DNA from: Bispira polyomma
Lineage: Eukaryota
Direction of reading: 5' to 3'
Length of the DNA: 64,000 nt
Assembly: GCA_965649765.1 (NCBI GenBank)
Contig: OZ287748.1
Span: 86,800,001-86,864,000, forward strand
A model generated the notes under the pieces. The model was not told the origin of the DNA. It searched no databases and worked only from the letters and a program-made list of their open reading frames with translations. How positions within the stretch are numbered: position 1 is the stretch's first letter; every line of letters starts with the position of its first letter. Below are positions 48,051 to 60,040 of this stretch, piece after piece. Position numbers and translations under genes: made by a program.

Positions 48051-51000
48051 AAGAATCTTTGTAAATACCAGCCCTGGACCTCACTAAACAGTGTATGCAT
48101 AATTCTCATCAGTGTGACAGTGTTACCAGTTGCAAAGATACAGTGATAAATCGTGCAATGTCTCACGTTTAGAAGGTCAACCTGCTCTAGCCAGAAAGTA
48201 CCTAAACCTGAAAGTATATCGAGTAAAGAATCCTAAATTCGCCACCCCTAAAATTTAAGCCAAATGAATAAAAACTGGGCAGAAAAAAACTGGAATTTAG
48301 GTATAATAAGGCAAAATAATACAAAGTAGTCACAAAAAATCTCAATTTTAGCAAATAGTGCCTACAAGTCTATGAAATATTCCTACATTTTTTAGGTGCT
48401 GAATTTCGGCTACAGTGGCAAATTTTAGATACCGAACTCTGCTAATGTGTACATGGTATTGTTAACTTACACAGATCTCACTTTTTAAAACAATATAGAA
48501 CCTCTTTTATTGACAGGCTGCATGCAGGCAGCCAATAGCCACCAGAATTATATAGAATTCTAATTGCTTCAAAGTGTAAATGCAGTAGAACCTCTATTAT
48601 CTGAACATGTTGGGAGACATCATGGTCTGCCTTCAAGTCTAAACTTTATTTACTTGATTAAGAGCATTCGGTTAATTTAACCTAAGATATCTTCTGTACA
48701 TTAGATCTCTTATCACAGAAAGTTCATGATTGGTTCAAATAGTCAAATGTAAATACAGTAGAACCTCTATTATCTGAATATGTTGGAAGAGCAATATTTT
48801 GTTTGGATAACCGAAGGTTCGTAAAATAGCAGGTTCAAAACAGTAGGAAACATAAATTTTAGAGTGTGACCTTGAGTTGGTCACTTAAATATTCGGGTGA
48901 TACAAGTTTTAATCTCAGATGTTCTACTGCACAATATACATTGATTTCTATATTTAATGGGAAAACCCTAGACATGATGCCATACCCATTGTAGTTGCAG
49001 CTTTCAGCTTGGACCTCGAATATATGCAGTCAAAATTTAGATCTATATAATTATGGTAGACAAAATACATGGAGACAGTCACAGTTTGAGATAAATCTGA
49101 GTTTGTGAGGGGTGTACGTGTGTAACATCATGGCCTGCCTGCAATTCTAACCTTGGATTAATGATAGTAATTTACCCTAAGGCATATTCTGTACCTTACA
49201 TCTCTGTAATTAGTCCTCACTTGAAGTTTATGATTGGTTCAAATAGTTATGGAGGGTGTCAAATGTACAAAGCCTTCCTATGATCATCTCAATTTTAAGT
49301 TGGAATAATGACCTTGACCTAGTAATTGTATGTGTTTTACCTCGTCTGTATCGCTTCATAACAAGTAAAATTTTTATTTCTGGAAATAATTGTGATTCTT
49401 ACACAGTAGAACCTCTATTAATTTTAACTTCTATTATCTAAATACTTGAGTTTCAAACTTTTTAGAGTTTCAAACTTTTCACAGAAACTTTCACTCTCCT
49501 GAATTAACATTTTTGTGGTTGTTTTGTGCCTCTGTTTGATGAATCTTCTTTTATCAAAACAAAATCTTGCTCTCCCAAGATGTTTAGTTAATAGAGGTTC
49601 TACTGTATTAGTAGTTTCAAAAAAAGTTTTTTTCTTTGTTATCTGAACTTTTGTTATTTGAATATTTAACGTTACATCGTTTATCTGAATGGTAAACTTT
49701 ATAAACTTTCCATTCAGCCAAATTTGAATTTCCTATTATTTTATGCAAAACCTTCTTTAATCTTATCAAAAAGCTTGCTATTTTTATTTATTCAGATAAT
49801 AGAGGTTCTAATCTGGATGGTTTTGCAATTTGTTTTTCCTCGTATCATTCCCATTTTGCCAGTTTTACAAAAACAGCAAGTGCTTTCTGAGCTACAACAT
49901 TACCAGAAGGAAACAAAAATTGAGTAAAATTAGTTTAAAAAAAAAAGTCAACAATTTTGGAAAAAATTTCTGTATCGTGTAAAGATTAATATTTCTCATA
50001 TTTGGATTACATATGAGCAAATACATCATCCACGCCCAAGTAAAATATGCATGATTACTTGAAAAGTTTTTTTTGTTTTGTATTACATAAACGAAACACA
50101 TCAAATGAAAAACAGTAGTTTTTGCACACAATTTATTCCGTAAAGTAGCCACAAATGAATTGTGCTGGCCACGGTGTCTTTTCATTTGCTGGAAGATTTT
50201 TTGGTGTACAGCACCAACTGGCGTAGAGAGTTTTAGGAGAAATACCATAAAAATATTATCTCAAACTTTCAAATAAATTAGCTTGGCCCTCCTCAAAGGT
50301 ATGTTACTAAGTTCATATTTTAAAGTATTTTTAACACTGTAATGTTATCAGAAATAATCAAAATATCTGAAATTGAGTTTGAGTTGAAACCTTAATCTGA
50401 GTTTGACAGTGCAATATGATGCATCTGTAGTACTTAATAAAGCAATTTTACCCGTTATCAATCAGTGTTATTTCTCTAAATTACAGAACTGTGACATACG
50501 AATGCGGTTGAGAGTGACCCCTAGTGGCCTTGATTTGGATTACTAGATTTTTTATTGTCTTTTTATGTTTGTTTGCTGTAGAGGAAATAAACCAAATAGT
50601 TAAAGATGATACTTAATGTCACAACCGAAACAAACTGAATTTAGATTTATTTTGGCAAATAAGCCACAATAATATAAAAAATAAATAGGAATTAAAACAA
50701 ACTTTTAAAAAAATATATAATAAGGTAAACTTTATATCACTTTTCCACATGTCCAGTGAGCTACTGCCTAGCTGTCCAAACTTATACTGTGAAGATAAAA
50801 AAAAATATTTATTGCCCAATCATAATCAGTTTAACCCTGTATTGCCCCTTTGAAAGTATTGCTCAGCCCGAGAAAACCGTGTAGTACCTGGGTAGTTATT
50901 TTTTCAACCCTGTCCAGTGAGCAACTGTTCATACCCCTTTCTGCACTATAAATTACCAGTCTTCAGCAAATCTACTACCAGTCTATGTCCACATACATGT

Positions 51001-53311
51001 TGTGACTGATGTGGGACGTGAGGGTGTTCCTACTGCTCCAGCGAGGCCACCTTTATATCAAGCTGGATTTATAAGACATTACGTCTTTGTTCTCTCAGAA
51101 TTTCATACAAAATTTGAATTTTCACGCTTTTACTAATACATACATACTTTGAACAAATTAACGTGAAAGAAAACCTGTCAAATATTATATTGGATGACAG
51201 TTTAAACCCTTTTTCATCCCCAAAATATAGACAGTTAAGTGGTTTATTTTCTGACAAGAATTTTTATCAATATTGTGTGAAATATTATGTAAAAACAAAA
51301 TCAAATAAATACTCCACACAATAGAGTTAAGGAATCATCACGATCTATTTTGTAATATCAAAATCCATATAATGATGTTTAATAGTAAAAAATAAAATCT
51401 GTCTTTTTCATTATACTTAAGATTATGTTTACAGCTTACAATTGGATATGTGTACAGTAGAACCCCTATTATCTGAACATGTTGGAAGAGGAAAATTTTG
51501 TTTGGATAATTGAATGTTCATAAAATAAAAGAGGCATTCTATTAGCAAACAGGAAAACGTAAATGTAGTGAAGTCATTGCATGTTCATAAAATTGAATAT
51601 TCAGAAAATATAAGTTTGGATAATAGAGGTTCTAGTGTTATTTAAACCAGAAGAGAATTGCTGTGTAGATAGGGCCGCATTTTAGGGTTTGTTAGACACG
51701 TGTATTCTTCCAATACAACAGCTGTTCACAAAAGAAAATCAGGACATCATCCCGTCATATGTGGCTAAGTTAGTTACAATAGTCAGCTGTTGGTTTTATA
51801 TTGGAAATGTATCAATAATGTTAATGAATTCCAGAAATGAGGCCACATATATTCTTACAATTTTTAACTTTGAAAAAACAACAAATATTCTGTTATGATA
51901 GATGACACATTGTTAAGTAAAGTGTACTTAATATAGACAGGTTATCAAGTAAACTGTTCTTAAAAGTCAAATGAGTGCTTTTACTTAGAATTTGGCTAGG
52001 CTGGAAATAACATATAACGGTATGTTATAGTTCATCACAATAATAATAGTTCATCACAATGAAGACTTAAAGTGTCCTGTTTAAGTATAAAGTTATATCT
52101 TAAATATTATAAATAAGTAAAACAGAGATTTAGTTTACCACATATCATGTAGTCGGAAATGCTTTATCAAACTGATAATGCTAAACATTTTCTTTTTGTC
52201 ATTATTTCAAACTTTGCATAAATTTCAAAAATACATTAAAAAGGGACTGTGAAAGAACTAATTAATGTTCTTTCTTCAAATAATTGTAGTGAATTATATT
52301 CTCAAACTTAACTTAGATTGCTGGAAAGATACCTACAGTGAAGGTTACTGGGCCTGTACATCAATTACCATTTGTCCAAATATCAGTATCCTCTGATTTG
52401 TCTTTTAACAAGATCGTTGCTTCATGTTTCAAGTTTAAGCAATCCATGGTAAAACTGTTGACTTAATCTACAATAATATTCACACACAAAAGTGCTGTTT
52501 TCTCTTAGTTGTAATGTCTATCATGTTGACACGAATAACATTCTTCATGTTACATACAACTTTATACTTTAATATATTTCTAATAACTTCTTATGGATAC
52601 TATTTGTGAATTACTATCAATTTGAAACATAACCTTATTTTTTTGGTCCTAAAAGTACACGGTTTTGTAACTGGGCCTTTTTCTTCAGTGATCTGTTTAG
52701 AAACAATATATTTACTTCAGCTTATTCTGCCATTTGATACCACTTAAATAGAACAAATGAACTTATGAGCTGCCATTGTTTTTGTAGCCAGGAGCATGAT
52801 CTTGCACTATAAATGCCTTAAATTTGCTGTTAATGAACCAGGAAAAAATTCTCTGCAACAGTCAGTTGAAATAATTGGGAATAGTATATACAATGTAGCC
52901 AAATCACAGTGAAATATGGGATTGTATTCAATAACACCAGCTCTGGGGTCAAAGCTATTGATGTGTAAACCGGCAAATCAAATCTATCATTACAAGAGCA
53001 CTACTTCTTGGATGTCCTTACATGTCCCTATAAACTCATTGACACACAGACAATTACAGTATTACCCTCAATAGCTGAACACTCTGAGAATACAAACCCT
53101 TCAACATTGGATTTTTGATTTTTAACGAGCTTTAGTGATGAGAGGCATCTTCTGAAGCACAACAAGAAGAATCAGTTAACCAATAGAGACTAAGAGAAGT
53201 CCAAAAAACATAGCCAAGGTGGTAAGGAAGGATGTGGGATGTACAGGGAGGTAACTAAAAGGGGGTTAGGTGAATTAAAGAGATGGGTTTTAAGCCATAA
53301 GTTATGGCTTT

Positions 53312-53600
53312 GGGCCCGTATTCACGAAGGGACTTAGCCAAATTTTAGGCTTAAATCTAGCACAAAAATATACTGATTTAGGCCTAAGACTTGGTCTTTT
53401 AAAAAACACAGACGCAGTATGAAATACACTAACATTCATATGGTCAGTATATTGTCCATCAAATCAGACACCCCTCAGTTTGGCCGGGTCGATTGCTTCC
53501 AACCAATTCATCAAGGCCATACATATTTTCAAAGGTAGCGGCCACCCCTTTCAGAATGAAAACAACATCAGTCTGAACCTGATAATTACAATATGTAACT
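53312..53600 (-). mobile_element. possible Harbinger remnant (TIR plus decayed DDE fragment)
   Basis: gggcccgtattcacgaa TIR-like start. The reverse strand gives KGVAATFENMYGLDELVG/AID with one frameshift, resembling the Harbinger 'F...GfPnviGAID' motif. Confidence 0.3.
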
Positions 53601-55217
53601 ATTTTTTCCCATTACATGTATTTTAAATCAGGTAATTCAAAACAGGCTGAACAGTAAATAAATTTTATGGCTTTTCATTAAATATAAGGCCATTGACTTA
53701 CTGGCATGTCAAAGCTTTGTTTAAAAAGTCTTCAGTTGTCATTGGTGTTGTGAGCATTATACAATAAATTTGCAGAATATTTGGTCACATAACCTGCACC
53801 CACATTGCCATTCATATATAGCTCAATATGCAGATGATATAGTGTTGTTGTCTATATGAACATATTAAATGTTTTAATTAAATAGTAATTCCACTAACAC
53901 TTCATACTCAGAGATGATACCTATAACAGAGACCTTCTACACAAGCTCTTCATTTCCCCCACACGGATAAATCACACAAAGCTCGTGTCTCTACTCAGAA
54001 TGTTTTAATTTGAGCAGAGTGACAACTGCATTTGTCCTTCATTATTTCCACTTTAACACAAATCTGGGTTTATGTCTTCTTTGTACTACTGTGTTTTTCT
54101 CCTTCCCAATGGTGCACTAATCCCATCCTCACTGCTTTATTACACAAGATGCCACCCTTTGCTCCACATTAAGAGAAATGGACTCCCCTCCCCCCCCCCC
54201 TTAACTGTAGCACAGTTTCACTAGATCCACTTTAACTGGCCTCAAAGCTTGCAGAAATGCCAGTATGAACTTGTAAGACTAACTGTATTGTATCATCACA
54301 ACACATTGTATATAACCAGGCAGTTATATTCCTTTATAATACCACTTTATTTTTGATTCTTGATTTAAACAAGGGTAAAATTAATAATAATAACAACAAA
54401 TCTAGCAGTACAGCAGTAGCTCTTAAATTGAGCAGATACTGTTTCTATGGGGTGAAGCAGCAAGCCAGTCTACTTCCAATCTCCTCTTAGTATGAAAAGA
54501 CAGACTTCTCTAGAATGGCACTGTGTAAGTGATTTGTCTGACAGGAAGAGAAATGATAACGAGGCAGTTCCTCTTCCTGTGGAGAAAATGGCGGGGCTTT
54601 TGGCGACAAATCCGTTCTGAGGCTAGATACAAATGTTGGGCGTAAAGGTGAGAGATAAATCAGCGGGAATGTGGATTTGAAATGTCATCCCGCTTCGTGG
54701 CGTGGAATTGGCATCAGTAGATTGTCATCAGACTGGCACTATTTGTGCCCGGGGGCAGACCCCGCACACTTTATTACTCCACATAGAGATATCAATTTCT
54801 TTTCTTATTGCAGCCTCTTCATCAGCTCTCCTCGGCCGGAGAATTGATCCCAATAATCACAAGGGCTTTACTACATTTCATTTGAGGGGAGGAGAGGAGC
54901 TTGATAGAATTTATGCGTGTGAAGGCATCTGCGGAATAGATATGGTCATGGGTAAGTTATTACAGGCAAATCTCTTCCCCCTCCCCTGGTCCTGTCTCTC
55001 TCTGGCTCACAAATAAAAAACACTTGTCAGCCAGCAATCAGCCCCCTTACTGATTTACTTCTAAACACTTTTTAAATCTTTTTTCCAACAACACTAGCCC
55101 TCTGTAGGCCTAGGTTTAGTAAAGCCTAATACTTATGTATGTACATGTACATTGTATATACAGTTGTCATTATAAAGACAGTTGTCTGTTAATGTTTTGT
55201 ACTTTAAGATGCTTCTG

Positions 55218-57160
55218 GGGCCACAGTGGCCTAGTGGTTATAAGCGTCTTCTTCACAATTACTGGTCTCTCACCAGTGCAGGTTTGAATCCTGTTCATTA
55301 CTTCATGTAGGAAAATTTACAGTGCTTCAGCACTGGTTTTTTTCACCATTGAATCTGGTTGTCGCTAATTTCTAAGGTGCTTCAAGAAGGGATAGTCCTA
55401 TGTACAACATGGCATTGGTCGTCACGAGTAGACAGTGGTGTGTTCCTTGTGGTCCAAGGATGCTATCCCCCCCAAAAAAAAACAAAAAAAAAAAACATTA
55501 ATAATAATAATAAATAAATAAATACAATTATGTCCTTTCCATGAATCAAATCAGGGACCTTTTGATGACTAGACTAACTTCCTAACCTCTAGCCTAAGGG
55601 AGAGCAGAAAATATATGCATTATCTACATCAAAATGTTTATTGTCTAAATAGGTCTCATTCAATACATACATGTCTGACTGCGGAGTGCCAATAGAACTG
55701 TTTTAACAAATTTGAGCCTGTGCAATGTTACTGCAGAGCAGCCTTACTTGCAGATTTCATATCTGAGTTTTATTGCTTTCTCTTGAAAGATGAAACTCTG
55801 GATTGGATAGCTTTAACAGTTTTAACAGAATTCCTTTTATTCTCAGATTATTATTAATGACAATAGTTAAAACTGGCATTTTGTGTACAGACTTCTTCAG
55901 AATACAGGTTTAACCAAAATCTCAGTTATCAAATTCCACATCAGTAGACTGCAAACGTCTGCCAAGTACCAAAAACTGATGTTTTTTGTGTGACAGAACA
56001 TTTGTAATCATGAAATACACAAAAAGGTTCATTTGTGATAATAGTATATAAATCTACAACTATGTACTTTTAGCTACCTATTCAACATAAGACATACATA
56101 TGTACATGATTAAACAAAAACTAGGTTCAGTCAAGTTTAGTTTTAATTTAGTTTGAGTTTAACGTGGATTTTTCAACACATTTTGTGTCATATCACGAAG
56201 GGCAGTTCACTAGTGGAGGGAATCATAGCAGGGCAGACGTTAATGTGTTCTACTCTTCAAGCCACCAGACTTTAGCAAGTTTTACTGCCAACTTTTTCAC
56301 ATAATTGCCAGTGCCAAGATTGGAACACACGACAGCAGAGTTTAGAGGCGAGTGTGTCACCACAACACCACTGAGCTCCCATGCCCAGTTAAGACAAGTC
56401 TGAGGATTGTTATAGTGAACATACTTGATAGCTATCATATTAAAACCAGGATTTCAGATCCGAGGTGGCCTAGTGGTTAGCAAGCATTGCGCTTCACAAT
56501 CACTGTCTCTCACCTCTGGGCGGCATGAGTTCGAATCCCATTGATGCCTATGCCAAAGGGCAGTGATTTACAGAGCAGAAAACCTTGACCAACTACCCTG
56601 CTCGAATTTTCTCCACCAACGAACTACCCATCATGATTTGACACAAGACTGGACTAATCAAGTACCTGACAAACATTCTACATGAAGGAACAAGCCGGAT
56701 TCGAACACACATAGGTTAGACGCCAGTGATTCTGAAGCTGACGATTTTAACCACTAGGTCATCACGGCGCCAATTTATTGATGGCAAAGCCAGTCAAATA
56801 TATGAATCTATACTTCTAAAAACATGTGTCCTGTATGTATCTATATATTTCTTCATTAATGGATCCTGATCTTGTTATATTTATATCTACCACATGTACT
56901 TCAAAGTTTAAGTGTGGAATAAATATATGATATAGTTTCATTTAGTTTGGGTTTAGCATCGCTTTTAACAAGTCCTCTGTTATATCATAACAGACAGTTC
57001 ACTGGTGAAGGAAGTTGAAGTTTTCTGTTCGGCAACCCACAGGCCTTCAGCACATTTACTGCCAACTTTCCCACACACTTGTGTCAGCGCAGAAATTCGA
57101 ACGCACAACTGCAGATACGGGAGTCGAGTGTGTTGCCACTACACCACCAAAACCCCCGGT
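55218..57160. mobile_element. SINE cluster: family B at 55218-55370 (+), 56140-56385 (-), 56458-56650 (+), 56660-56770 (-), 56940-57160 (-); family A at 55370-55600 (-)
   Basis: Repeated heads (gtggcctagtggtta...ttcgaatcc) and tails (tttgggtttaacg/tgtcatatcacg). Confidence 0.75.
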
Positions 57161-57208
57161 ATGTTACAGTGATCTTCAACATACAGTGACCAACATTAAT
57201 CTTCTAAC

Positions 57209-58037
57209 AGGGTTTACAGACCGCTGACTACACGACACGTCACGTCACTACAAAAAAAATTGAAATAAGATAATATATAAAGCTTATATACACTGTTCCC
57301 TACACGACACCACATCAATTACCCTTATGGCCTGGTCACACCTACACATGCTAACGTCCCTCAACGTAGCAAAGCAATATAAACTGAAAATGTGGTAGCT
57401 TCTTGTCAAAGTCATCAAGGGGGAGTCGATTGGGACGTTTTTGTGACGTTTCGTGACAATATTGGTACTTATACACACGGAGAGGGAGTAAAAAACGGAC
57501 CCTTTACTGGTAGGATACCATTACCTACTACTACGACCCTTTACTGGTAGGATACCACTACCTACTACTACGAAGAGCTACTGTACTGACACTTACTGGT
57601 GCATTCTGCTACCTAGTGAAACCTTCCACGGCGAATACAATGAGTTGAGACAATATCACTACTTACTGGGACTTCCTCGCTACTTACTGGTACGTCTATG
57701 CTACTTTCGGAAACGTTCCAGGACGAACAGAGAAACAGGGTGAAACGGGAGCTGTAACACGATTGTTTAAAACAACTTAAACAGACGAAACGGAGATGTT
57801 TCCAGAACGTTACCATCCGATAATCAATGTAACGGAACAAACGCACCAGGGATCCTCACTTTCTACTACATTTTAACACGTTTCCAAAATTAATACGTGA
57901 CACAAACATAGCTCTAGAACATGTAGGTGTGACCAGGACATTAGAGAAATCGCTAAGGGTGGATTATGTAGTGTTGCATCCTGTTTCTTCCCCTGTAGTG
58001 TAGTGATGTGTAGTGTAGTCGACAGTCTGTAAAGCCT
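57209..58037. mobile_element. Harbinger-type MITE (outer element)
   Basis: agggtttacagaccgctgactacacgacac / gtgtagtgtagtcgacagtctgtaaagcct inverted ends. Confidence 0.7.
57328..57940. mobile_element. Harbinger-type element nested in the outer MITE
   Basis: tta|tggcctggtcacacctaca ... tgtaggtgtgaccaggaca|tta: TIRs plus TTA TSD; internal 37-bp duplication 57498-57571. Confidence 0.8.
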
Positions 58038-59809
58038 TTACAGTAGCATGTTTTGGATTTTAGTTTTTTTTTTGGAAGGATTAAAACCTTTGCAGCAGAC
58101 AGCAAGAACTCCATCTCCAACAATTGATGAGGAGTTTGATTACTGGTTTCAGCTTTCCCCCCAGCCATTTTATTTTTTCCCCTCTCTCAACTTGATCACT
58201 TGTCGGTCTGTCAATAATGCTGACAAGTATTAGAGTTGGGGATGGCCCACTGCAATCATTGGTTATGATAGCCAGTTGATTTGTTTTACCACAAGTGATC
58301 GTATCAGCTGACAAAGCTATCTACATGTAACTGATCTTGTACTCAGTTGTCAGATCGTTGTGGCTCGAGGAAACTTGCCACAAGAGAAATAGTCATACTT
58401 AAACTGAAGAATACTTTAACTATGTAAATGGTTAAAGATTAAGGCTAAGGATCACATTAAAAATGAAATTTTACATATCATTATCATTTAATGATTTAAT
58501 TATTACTGGCTTAAGAGAAAATATATATTAAAATACATGTAGTAGAACGTACAAAATGTTAGTCTTTGACGATTTCAGTGTTGATACTGGTTTGGAATTT
58601 ATAGTTATAGCGTATCAAGAGCAATAAACTTTGTTAATATAGAACTTCAAATAATACAAAAAAGATTACAGTTTAATTGGCGGTTTTAAGAAAATTACCT
58701 AAAGAAATGAAATCAGGACTGTTACTTTTGTTATGACAATATCAATTTGTGATAAAAATCTATGTCTGCTGCAAAGACAACCACAGGTTATTGTAACTTG
58801 GACTTTTGGCAATATAACTTGAATTTTCAAAAATGATACACAATATCTAAGATGCTTCCAATGGTAGAAATAATGAATAAAACTGAGACAGTTTAAGGCC
58901 TCCTCACAGCTCAAATTAAAATTATATATTTTCGTATACTAGATATGGTTGGGGTGAAAATATTAAACAAAGCTGTTAACGAAACTCCTTAACTTTGATC
59001 AGCTGACTAGGAATTTTAGACAAACCATATTTAAATTACAAATTTTAAAAGTGCAAGTTTGTTTTGACGCGATTTTAGGACCCAAGACACATATTCTCTA
59101 AAGAAACTCCAGCTAAAACTTAGACTCCATTTAAATAAAGGGCTATGTATGGAAGTCTTTGTATATGGAAAAAACCTATACTTGTGACCATTCATTTTAA
59201 TAGAGGTTGATTCAGTGCTGAATTCAAATATGCAGTTAGACTTTACTCAACACCCCCACTCCAGTCAGAGATATAAGGGTTCAGATTTGAGCTTCAGTCT
59301 GAGTTGAGCTTGAGATTTGTCGGGAATTTGACCACTAGCCTCTGACGTCTGAGGACAGTGGGATCGAATGTGGCTGGTTTCTACACGTGGGAAAGTTAGT
59401 TGTAAGTAAACAGATCAAGGTAATTGCAGCAGGTCTGTTGATTTCTAATACAAATAGTAATGGCAATGACACTTTAAAATACATTCGTGAATGCTTATAT
59501 AATTTGATTGAATATTGCAAGAACTGAAATGTATTTGTGCTTTTGTGAAATGAGTACCAGTGTAATATTTATGATCTACTCTACACGACAGATGTCAATA
59601 TCAGTGTTTTTGTATTAAGGGGGGGGGGGAATTATGTTATACCAAATTAATAATTAATGACATTGTTTATTGGTGGCCTTTATAATTAGGGGCTCTCTTT
59701 CGCTTACGGCATAATTTCAAATTCTACCATATTGAGCTTTCCTCCAGTACAAATAGAGTGTTCCTGGCGCTTTGGTGGTGTACCGGTAAGGCAGTAACAC
59801 ACGCGCCTT

Positions 59810-59960
59810 CCACCTCTAAAGTCGTAGGTACAAATCTGTACCATGGCAAGAATTTGATAAAGTTGGCAGTGGAATTCCTGACAAACCTTGGCCAACTACC
59901 TTGCTTTGGTTTCCTCCACCAGTGAACTGTCAGTTGTGACACGACACAAGACGTATTCAA
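59810..59960 (+). mobile_element. tRNA-derived SINE (family B) body/tail
   Basis: aaaccttggccaactacc...ggtttcctccaccagtgaactgtc...gacacaagacgtattcaaagtg. Confidence 0.55.
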
Positions 59961-60040
59961 AGTGAGGTTGCTTTCTTTTCCTGAGCAATTATGGTGACAG
60001 ATCCTTCTTTTCAGTGAATATTTTTAAAATTATGAGCAGA

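Larger units (their letters stand above)
39649..51637. mobile_element. cluster of ~14 copies of a ~190-bp pogo/Tc1-mariner MITE (TIR CAGTAGAACCTCTATTATCC, TA TSD)
   Basis: Copies at 39649-39947, 41991-42177, ~42800-42960, 43146-43269 (rev), 43439-43612, 45866-46032, 46594-46788, 47154-47349, 47367-47554, 48583-48617 (fragment), 48756-48929, 49404-49605 (rev), ~49635-49810 (rev) and 51455-51637. Confidence 0.88.

Noticed and set aside
39649-51637. Recurrent palindromic repeat with unique intervening DNA as a CRISPR-like or recombination-signal array
   Set aside because: Units have a TIR + TA TSD structure, irregular spacing and both orientations, and no associated enzyme gene is present; best explained as MITEs.
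57613-57846. 77-aa minus-strand ORF inside the nested element
   Set aside because: No recognisable transposase or Myb/SANT motif; it overlaps short internal repeats.
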